The position numbers were made by a program, and so were the translations under genes. DNA of 64,000 nt from Tubiluchus corallicola (taxonomy: Eukaryota; Animalia; Priapulida): positions 2,542,001 through 2,606,000 of the forward strand of contig JAQGDQ010000002.1 of NCBI GenBank assembly GCA_030141605.1, in the 5' to 3' direction. Every line of letters begins with the position of its first letter. Position 1 is the first letter of the stretch. The notes under the pieces are model-generated. The model saw only the letters and a list, made by a program, of their open reading frames with translations. It ran no database searches and was not told the DNA's origin. Shown here piece by piece: positions 1-11,300 of this stretch.

Positions 1-3000
1 CATGACGAAGAAGACAAAATTCTGTACGCTATTATAGATACATGCTTTTAGAGCCTATATCATCCAGTATAGCATAGTCAGAAGTTAATTGACATGCTAC
101 TGTTTTGTAGTTTGCACATGTCACTAACGCCTATGATGCCACCTGCTGAAATGACTTCCCCGTCAAAGCATGTGTCTGATATTCCTAGTGACATTGTGTA
201 AATTGTTTATAGAATAGGTTATTGCTTTACATGCTAGAAAAGAGCATGTACGTCAATTTAAGAAAAACTGTATGTTTCAAGTTTTTAACATTTATTTAGT
301 GAATTGCTGGATCAGTAGGTTAAGCAAACTAACGGCTTATTTAGTAAACCACCTAGACCCACACTGCACTCTTAATCACAATTAATCGCATTATAGATCA
401 CATCTAATTGTACATAATGTAATACTCAGTATAAATAAAAAGCCTAAAGCAATTCAGATTTTTTCAACGTTTATTTTGCTTTCTCAAGTCTGTATACAGA
501 CAATAGTACCAACATTAGTCATAAAAGGCCAAACATGTTCACAAAAATATTTATAATTTAGATGACTCAACTGGTTACTTGGCTGGAAAACAAAGCAACA
601 TGCAATAAAACAATGAAACTCCTGTAAGCCATCATACGAGAATGACAAACACATTTTAAATCCGACACATATAAGTAAAGTCAGGATGCACACGTATCAA
701 ACACTGATTTTTGGATATTTCAAAAAAATGTTGGTTACGTAATTATGCACATATGGGATACACATCTCAGACGGTGGTATTAATGTAAGATGGTAAAACT
801 TTTGTAGAAAGGACAAAAAATGTAGCAGAAGTAGTACATGCAAAAGTTAAACAGGCAACTTTAAATTCCAGCTATGGATTCTATGTAATTTATGCTTAAA
901 TAATCAAAACAGTTACACACAAAATCTGTCAAAAGGAAAAAGCAAAGGGATTCAAGAAGACAATGATTAAATGGCAGAATTATCATCTGGTACTAAAAAA
1001 GAGGCATATGTTGAGAGAAACACAAACTGAACTGCAAATATAGGATATGCCCATGAGAAGCTGCAAAACAATTTTAGGTAAGAAGGCACCACCGTATCTT
1101 CTAGGAATGTACTGAAACACAGTTTATCACTGATGCGGTGGGTGCACTTCGAAAATGCATCTGGGGACGGAAGAGAATTAAGAGATTAACAATGCACATC
1201 GTTAGATCATATGCACATCCAAAACATACATCAGCCATCAGCAGGGAAACTTAGAAATAAAACATGTAACCACGAGTATTAACAACATCTTAAATGTTTT
1301 CTTCTACAAATAAAATCTCAAAATGGATTACTTGGGGGAAATGGGCAGCTTAATGAATTTTTCAACAAAGAAATTAATTCCATTCAAATCCGCTGGCACA
1401 AAATTAGTTTAAGGCCATTTCAAAAGTGCAATGCAGTGGCAAACAAATATTTTCCCCATCAGAATTTCAAAAGGTTTGTCGTACTACCCCATTCCTTAAC
1501 AGGAGCTTCTGTTAAATATATACAGTTTTTAGGTATATGTATATAAACCTGACAACCATTTTGACGCACAGTACTCTCTGAAATTACACACTTCACTAAC
1601 CTAAATAACTGCGACTCATTCTGCTTGCACTGCTTGTCTTCAAAAACAATATCTATAGAGTAAAACGTCATAAAATAAACTATATTATACTTGCTAGAAA
1701 TGCGTGCGCCATCAGCATAACATAGCCTAGCCCTTTCTTCTTACAAATTTTGAAAGTTATGATGATACACATAACACTGCTACTGTTACAGACTCATACG
1801 GTTATCTTACGTCACACACACTACAGGTAGCCATCGAATACGCAACGCAAAAATACTCAAACGCATCAATTTTAACGCCAAAAAGTCCAGATCAACACAA
1901 AAGTTAATGCTTCTAAGCACAAGCAAATACCAAACATGTAACAGTCCAAGTACGATACAGCAAATCCAAAAAACACTACGTTAATAGGCTAAATATAAAC
2001 CCCATATATGAACATTACATTAATACATAGTACTACACAAGAAACATATAGATATATGTTAAATATACTAATATTAGTTAATTTCGGTTAACAAGCTATG
2101 CTCACCGTCATATCGTTCTTCCTCTAAATTAAAAGTTAATTAACACATTTTTGTAAAAATTTAATGTGTTCTTAAATTAGTCGCCCTTATAATCAAAATT
2201 GTGTTCAAAATTAGACATCTACAGATAATGCACTTATTGCAAGAAGTTACAACTGCCTTTTACCAACAGCTAAAAGCTGATCAGGCCTTGCAATACATCA
2301 TTTGATTACAAGAAAGCCAATATCAATAGTTACTAAAATGCTTGAGAACTATTACTTTAAAATTAAGAAAAACTCAGTCATTATATTCTTGTAATAGAAT
2401 ACATTATATGTGTAGCTAAGCCTTTTTTGGTAAAACTGCTAAGCTAGAAAAAATATTTAAGCTATGCAAATTGCAGCATTTAATAACAAACTCGGTAATC
2501 TTGCTTACGCTGTTACGCTTCTGATAAAATTCAATTTGCACACTGCTCAAAATATGAAAGCATTTTACTTTGTGTTACAGACACTATCATAAATGCTCTG
2601 CAAATGGATACAGCGTATAAGCTATTTACGACCGATTACCAAATATGGATACTAGCACGCTCTTTTTCAAGCAGTGTAACTCATGAATCTTTGCATTCGT
2701 GAGAAAGCCAAGCAGTATATTGGTTAATATAGTGTATCAATCTATGTTGAATGTATAAGCAGAATATTAAAAATCAAGAGCAGACTTTATCTAAAAATCT
2801 GTGTCTTGAATCTAAAAGCAGAATAACAGAAGCGTTGCACAAACAAACAATTGATAAAGACAAAAAAAAACACAGTAGACCGGTACCGTTAAGTATATGC
2901 TTCCGGTTCGATCATAAAATCAAAAATACATAAACAATGTACTACTGATAATCAAGATCCACCACATTTATACTCCATAAACACAAACGTCTAGATTTAA

Positions 3001-3044
3001 AATAAAACAGCAAGCTTGAAGTGGCCGGGAAGTTTCAGACTTAC

Positions 3045-3134
3045 ATGGCAGACGAAGACGACGCTGACACATGTACGCACGTGGACAGACGTGATGACCA
3101 ATGCACTCATGACGAGATTAACGCTCACGGACAC
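3045..3134 (-). other. Non-coding 3'UTR exon of the CELF gene
   Basis: A donor AG|GTATGT lies 2 nt after the CELF stop (GT at 5372). A good acceptor CTAATTCTTGTTCATCCTCTGCAG ends at 3135, followed by a GC/CpG-rich 90-nt block and a donor CAT|GTAAGT at 3044. Confidence 0.6.
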
Positions 3135-5374
3135 CTGCAGAGGATGAACAAGAATTAGGAGTATACTAAAATGGGCACAAAAGCATGCGGCGCATTACGA
3201 ATAACACGTACAACGAAAATATTCATAATCACAAACAAAGATCCGATTTGCAAGCATACTAAATAGTTTCTCACTCCAAAAGCAAAAAATAAATGAGAAA
3301 TGATGGTAACAACAGCAACACAGTACATGTTTTAGAAGCTGACATCCAATCTAAGGTGACTATGCCTAACACTGATCATGTACACATATATGCAGTGCAA
3401 ATATACGAGAAAACAAAAACAACTATAACGAGGTTGAATTACCTTCTCATTTAGCACATAGAAATAGTGATCCCCCTAACAAAAATACATTTTTTACCTT
3501 CGGGACATTGCAAGCATTGAGTTAGGTAAGTAAAAGTTCATCAGCCAAACCCTCACCTGGAGATTTCATGCATTTTACTATGCTTGCTATTATACACCAA
3601 ATTGCAGTAATATGCCCTGAGTTACAGCGAATTATACTGACGAGTTTTTGTGTGAAGCAATAAAAAGCTGTCAAAACAGTACCGCTTAAACTTAGCGATG
3701 TACCAAAATCACAAAAATTTTTTTAAAAAAATGACACGCTCAAAATAATAGCCAAAGCCTTGTGTGTTCAATTAAAAGTTTAACGTGTTATTTTTTGCAG
3801 TTAATTTTATTTCATTTCTACAGCACACTACATTTTCGACTGCTGTGTCAGACTGGTGCCTGGTAGAGAGAAATACTGTGCCAACATTTTTTCAGTCGAG
3901 GTTAGATGCTACATTATTGCCACTAGATCATTTGACGCTTGATACATTTGAAGCTAGTTTATAAATATGTGTATCACTTTAGTCCACCATCACCAGACAA
4001 CAGTGACCATACCAGCCAAATGACATTATTTAAGTAATAATTAACACCAGTTCACAGACATGTTGGTGAGCTTTAGTTTCAGTGAATACTTGCATTACAA
4101 GCTAGCACCTAATAAGAAAGTCAGATGCTACATTTGGTGCACTATTGACAGCAGTTTGTAGTTGCAAACGAAGACCTATTTTGAAGCAAAATAGCTTTTT
4201 TGCCAATTCTAGCACAATGTAAATATTAATTCATGTGTCAATCTTAGTCGCACACATTTCTGATTATTACTAAAACAGTAAGAAGGAAAAACAGTAACAG
4301 TGGTAAAATCTACAACCTGTGCCAGGTGAATATCTGCAGCAATAACCCTGTGACACCAACAGCTACAACATCAAATCAATCAAATGGCAAACAAAAACAA
4401 TGCTAAAACACCAAACACAGATAATAAAAAACATTAACAATATAACAGTTTGTAAATACATGTAGACACTCACTACTAAGCCAAAATGACTCAAATGCAA
4501 ACCCAGACAACAACCAGCGACAAAGTGAAATATCAAAAATGTAAGACAAAGTCCAACTCATAGACTTATTGCAAAGCGCAATAAATGAAGCTGACAGGGT
4601 AAATAATGGATGGCACAATGTTGAAGTTCTGATTAGATTAACAAAGATTGGCCTTGGTAAAATATCAGCAGTGGCATTTTAGTTTGGCACTTGTGTTAGA
4701 CATTCCAGTCTAACATGATGTTTCGAAAACAGAGCACCTTTAAACATCTTGATCAGCCATGTATCATGTTGCTAATCGCGTTAGATTTCAGATTTTCACT
4801 TGACAAAGTGTTGAACGAAAAACTCACTAGCTTGAGAGATTGTATTTCTGCAAAGAATTTTTTGTCCTACAAAATACTCATAAATCGTAGAAAATCTCTT
4901 TACAAATAACAACAACAACAACTTTTGTTGCATTCAAACCAACACCAGAAAAGTGAAATCAGCCCACAGATTCGAAAGGTTAACTGTTAATGAGCAGTGC
5001 ACCTCAGCCAATCAACAAATTAAGTGGGGCATTATACCAACAACTCTACTAGCTTTAACATAGTCATTAATAATGAACAGCCAAGAAATAAAAAACTGAT
5101 TTGATAACATCATAAATACATTTTAAAGAGTAACAAATCATTTGCTTCAATCTTAAGTAGTGAGTTGATTACTTTAACCATTTTTGAACTTAACAGTGTG
5201 GTATTGTAAATATGAAGTGTTTATTATGTTAGTTTACAATACACCATCAGCTTTTAATTTCCAAATCATTTTTGCTAAAAGGTAGTTATAAATTACATCT
5301 TACTATTTCATGGCTGTTCATTACTGTTCACAACATGCAAACATATAGTACTAGTTTGGCCTTATTACATACCT

Positions 5375-8300
5375 TTAGTAAGGCTTACTTGCATCTTTAG
5401 ACCGTTTTAATTGCACTTTAAGTCGCTTCATCCCAATCTGAAACCCGTTCATAGCCTGAATAGCTGCGGCTGCTGATGCTGAGTTGTCATAACTCACAAA
5501 ACCTAATCAGCATAAATAAATGCTAATCAACATCAAAATATTTGTATACTAACTCATGATGTGATACACAAATTCATTACGTATGCAGGAGAACAGGCAA
5601 TGCATATGAAAAACTCAAGCTTTTAGTTCTCAACATTTCCTTAAAATTTAGGTTATGGTACTCCAAGGCTAACTAAATACAGTTATTTTTTAGAATAACA
5701 AATAGACGATGGAAAGCTCAAAAATGTTTTGCAATGCTTAGACAAAAAGTGAATGCACACATTTACAAGTTAACATGACAGGAGATGTACAACACTTACT
5801 GTGTTTTGTTAAAAATTCTGTAGTTTGTTTTTGAGATTCCATCGTGAAGTTATCATGCTTCTGCTGTAGAGCCAATTTAAATCAATCAGCAGCAAATTTT
5901 AAGGGAACCCATATTCTGATTTTTATCAATCTAATCTTATATTTTGAACAAGACTCAGACTTCAAGGTTAGAAAAAATGCTGAGACTCCACATATAGTAT
6001 TCACAATACATCGACAATGCTATTCTAGCTATTTCATCTACATTCACGCAAGTTTGATAAAAATATGCATCTGTATGACAAAAGATAGATTGAAGGAAAA
6101 ATGAAATGATAAATTTTAATGCAGGAATTCGTGCAATAAATCACTCACCGAAGCATTTGCTAAGATTTGTCTGCTTGTCGATAAACACTTTGGCTGATAT
6201 CACACTTCCGAATGGCAGGAACGTTTGACAGAGGTCTTGGTCACTGAACTCTTGTGGTAAATGATAAATGAATAAATTACAGCCTTCGGGACCTGGAAAA
6301 AGAATAGACATTAGGATATTGCTGCTTTATAAGAGATAGTGAATACGATCAGTTTGTCCATCAAGCACGCCAACAGAAACAAGTATATATATATATAGCT
6401 CCTATAAAGTAAGAAAGTAAGTAAGAAAAATCCACACAAAAAAGGTTAGTGCTTGACCAACACACGGGGCATTTACAATGCTTGCTTATACCGTTTTAGA
6501 GGTACGTATGTAGTGATGTAATTAAAATTTTAATGCGAGTCATTACTTTCAAAACTGGTACAACAAATGAACTAATATCTAATAATCTAGTATCTGAACG
6601 AAGTGCAGTGTACTTTTAAATAATAATAAATATACTTATTTTTATATAATTGAAGCAAACAAAACGTAAAATATGAAACAGTGGAAAATAACCATTTTGC
6701 ATGTAATTATTTGCTAAGCTTTTCTGCACGACATGTCATAAATTAAAATTACCAAAAATATATTGTTGCTTTGCATATCAGTAAATAAAATTTCAAATTT
6801 TATATTTCAAAGCACCAGTCTGATCACACATATATATGTACTGCCACCCTGAAAGTTTAATTCTACACACTATTAATTAAAGTCATTTTCAAGTAAAATA
6901 TGTAAATAAAGAAATGCATTGCTGCAGCCACAAAAATTATTTAGAGTAGTAGAACTACTGAATACCTTCTGATTGTTTGCCTGATGCACTAATAATTTGT
7001 TGTTGAACTGCGGGTTGTGTGAAACTTGGAAAACCAGCTGAAAAACGAAATGCTAATATTAACCTCTAGTCAAAGGAACTAGCGTAGATCAAAAATAATG
7101 TTGGCCGAGACATATAAAAGCTGATAACTTGAAAAGTGAATTTGTGCAGTCAGTACTGTATTGTCAACTGACGAAAAGTTATTTTTCACAATCATGAAAA
7201 TAAATAATCAATGTATAATTATATGTCAACCAAATATACCTCATTAAAATTAATCTGCATCACACCCTTTAAAGTTCAAAAGATATAATACCGACTTTAA
7301 AAAAAATCTTTGACTGAAAAATGGACTTACTACATTAAGTAGTCTCCTCATAAATTCAGAAAGAACTGAGTGTCGCCTACGTACCTGTGTACTGCTGCAT
7401 TCCAGTGTATGCCTGAGTAAGGGTGTCTGAACTGCCAGAGCCATTGGCTGAAACTACAAGCAAATAATAAACAGGTATGATACAGCAAAGAATGAAACAA
7501 AGGATTTCCAAATTCTCAACAATTTTGACAACTGGATTCATATGACCTCATCGCACTACTAGAAAGGTACAACAAACAAAATATCTTTTATCTTCTACAC
7601 AGTGTTTTGTATTCATTACAAAGTTTGGTACTCTGCAAGTGGAAATTTTGCTAATGCTAAGTTATTACTGATGGTAAATGGTTGTGGTGGAAGAGGAACA
7701 TAAGCTCAATTCTCTAAGAGGGTTCAATAGGATAATTCTCTAAGATGAACACGCAGAGATATCTTAGCCATGTTCGGATGTATACACGTTCTCCCTGTGT
7801 GACTGATTGACAGAGGCAGCACAACTGACATTTCTACTTAACAATGATAGCACATTTCTTTATTCTGCTTCAGAAGCCCTGTGTATGTAAAGCATGTATC
7901 GACTTCAAGTAATATTAGTTCAATGTCACAGCATAGTTAGAGCAACAAAATGTTAGTTCACATTTTTTGATTGCGGAAACATGATCACCACAAAAGTTTT
8001 TTGGATAACTTACAAATGTTACACCATAATAATTTAAATTATAGCTTACCTACATTCATGCCACTCCCACTACCCATAACATTACTGCTACCAAGACTGC
8101 CGGCTAAGCTAGCAAGATTGGCTAATGTGTTTCCAGACATACCCATCCCACTGAGAGATGTCCCATTACCGATACCACTCTGTGCCTGCTGGCTTTGCTG
8201 TGGTCCTCCCAAAGAACTTGTCAGTGTACTTGTACCGGACATACTTCCTATAATACAATTTTGACAATACTACACATTTACAACATCATACTTTCTTATT

Positions 8301-11300
8301 ACAAAAGTACCTAAACAATGAAAGGTCAAATTAGTCAATGAATATTTTGACATTTCTGTCAGCAAGGTAAGAAAACCTAAATTTAAACAAATTTTCAGGT
8401 ATTATAGGGGAAGGGAAAAATAATATAGCTTCAAAACCCTACACACAAAAAATAATGTAAACACATAATGACCTGTTAACTTGAATCTAAACTATTTTAA
8501 AGGCTGCCAAATATAAATGATTGTTAAAATATTTAGTGACAAGCAACCTTTAGAGTATTGTTGTAAAATATTTGTGAAGTTTGTATCATTAACTGATATT
8601 TTACTTTGTACCTTTGAGTGGCACAAGACAATATTTTCCACAAAACTAGTGTGCAAAAACAAATTCTACTCTGAACAAGGGATAAGGAACTCTCACCTAC
8701 CGGCATGTGGTGGTGCATGAGCATTTCACGCATTTTTTGATAAGTTATATCATTTTGCATCTGACTTCTGTGTTTAAATGCTGTTGTATTATGGCACTTG
8801 ATTTTTCTGCATATTAACTGTATAGATCACAATATTGATTAAAGTAGCATATTGCATTTTCATCCTTAGCATCGTTTCTAAAGAAACATGCAGAATTCCT
8901 ACACTGTGTGTCAGCAATTTGGCAGGCTTTGTTTCATCAATGATATCAAAAATGGCTTACATTACACAAAACAGGACCTAATTATGTAAAGTATTTAATG
9001 TAACCATGACGCATACTAAGTTCTGTAATTTTTCTTATAATTTTGTAAAACACTTACTGTGTATTCACTTGTCTTGTCAATAAAATGGACAAATATATGA
9101 CATAGTTATTGCTACCACCAGTAAAAATAAACGAAACTAGATAATAATGTTTCTGAGGTGGTCGGTCAGAAACTGAAGATTTTGCAAACAATATTGTTTG
9201 AAAAATTTGTTTGTTTGAAAATTGTAATTTACATTTTATTGAATACACGAAGTTTGGTTACATAGGAACTGCACTTCACAATGAAATCTCAACTTTTAAC
9301 TTTCCAACCCGTGACCCATGGGTCAGAGATCAACCAATCTCGGTATAACTTATACCATTCAATTTGTCTCACTGAGACCTTTCGTTTGATGTACTACAAG
9401 CTAGGTCCAGTCGACAATGAAAAACATTTGTCACCTCCATCACTATTTAACCCCCGAGTGGGGTTGCAGATTAACCAATCTCATTGTAACCTATACCATT
9501 CAATTGACATGCTACAAGATACTATTGCTCAACACTCGATGCATTTCTGTTTTTGATCCCCTACTGGGGTTAGAGAACAACCAATCTCGGTGTAACTTAT
9601 ACCATGTAATTTGTCTCATTGAGACCCATCATTTGATGTACTACAAGCTGGTTTCAGAGAATAGATGAAGACCCGTACACTCCGCGACATATGACCCGGC
9701 ATTTTCTGGGCACAAATAAACATAGTTCTCTTTGCTCAGAGAGTGTACCCCGTGAGTTATGTGTTCCTAGCCCTCAGCAAATAAAAGGTCATAAAATGTG
9801 GGTAAGACAACTTTGCATTTTGGTCCCTCGAACATTTAAAGCATGCCAGCTTTTTAAAACCCCAGGTGCACATCTGCCCCACAGTACCCATATAGCTGTG
9901 AAAAAAATGAAAACTGAAAACCCTAGGAGTTGTGGCCTAAAAAACTGACCAGAGGTCAAAGGCCAACACATTGTTATTCATGCCTACCCCAGGACTAGCC
10001 ACCCTATGAGTTTTGTGATTCTAGCTGCAAGCTTAATGAGTTATTAAGCAAAAACTTTGCATAGAAGAAATAAAAAATAATAACTATACGAAATCCAAGA
10101 AGATTTTGCTATACACTTAATGAGATCTTTTTATTTAGATTAGGGGAGCAATCACACGTTTGCAATGATACTGAGATAGGCATAAAAAGGCAGCAGTAGG
10201 GTAATATGATAGATTGTCTAATTATCTGGCAAAATTAATATACACAAATATTTTTATGTTACTAATGAGCAAAAAATAGAACCATCACCTGCAGCTGTAT
10301 TTGTCAACTGCTCACGCCACTGATCCTGCGCACTGGTTGAACTTGCAGCTGAAATAGTATAAGTTGTAAATTAGAAAATATTTAAAAAAAGGTGAAATTT
10401 TTATTCAAAACATAAGAGTCCAGCTTGAAACACCAATGTTTAGAAAGCATGGTGAAAAAATTAGCAAATTATGTCTTTGATCACAATAGTGTGCAAACTA
10501 ATAATGCCATTTCAATAAAAAAATGAACCTATTAACTAAAATAAAGTCATTTCTTTAATACAGGTCAGCACAAGAGAGTTTGACTGCAATTCTTAATAAG
10601 GATTATTTTATGAATATTTCATTAGCAGCAGCTCCACCATGGCTAACATTTCAGCATTTGTGTGGTATGCACTTTGAAATTTTGCAATTGATATATTCAT
10701 CTCTTCATAAGACATTAGACATTACTTATTTTTTTTACATGGATCAATGCCTACTTTAGAACCTCTCCTCTACTAGAATCTTTCAAATCTTTTTGTTGGC
10801 ATATTTTCTTCATGAAAGTATTCATTTAGTAGAAAGCATAATCTTTTACAATAAACACTGCCTCCATACTGCTGCAGAGCAGCAATTCCTCAGCAGGGCT
10901 GCAGTCATGGTTTTTTAACATGCACTTAGTAACATAGCATAACAATTTTGCTAATTAGGTTAGAATGTTCACAATCTAATTACATGTGTTTTTTATGATA
11001 TATTATACAGATAAGAGAAACTTGTAACTTACAGTGTTGTGCAACACCAGGGATCCCAGATATATTTGTATTAACATTAGTGCTGGTAGCACTACCTGCC
11101 ACACTACTTCCTGGAGTCTGAGTCATTGCCGCTAGTGCTGCCAATTGTGAAACACTCAACGACCCTAAACCTGGAACTAAAGAAAAATAATAATTACCAG
11201 GCAGAAATGTGAACATCATAATGCAATGGAAATCAAATGAGTAAAATTTACATTTCAAGATGATTACAATCAAAATCAATACACCTGCAAATTTGTCTTA

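Noticed and set aside
1-3000. Short ORFs (484-693, 1459-1671, 2751-2933) as genes
   Set aside because: No recognisable motifs or splice structure; the region is best read as CELF 3'UTR or intron.
7971-8264. Plus-strand 97-aa Pro/Leu-rich ORF
   Set aside because: Antisense shadow of the Gly/Ser-rich CELF exon 8050-8247.
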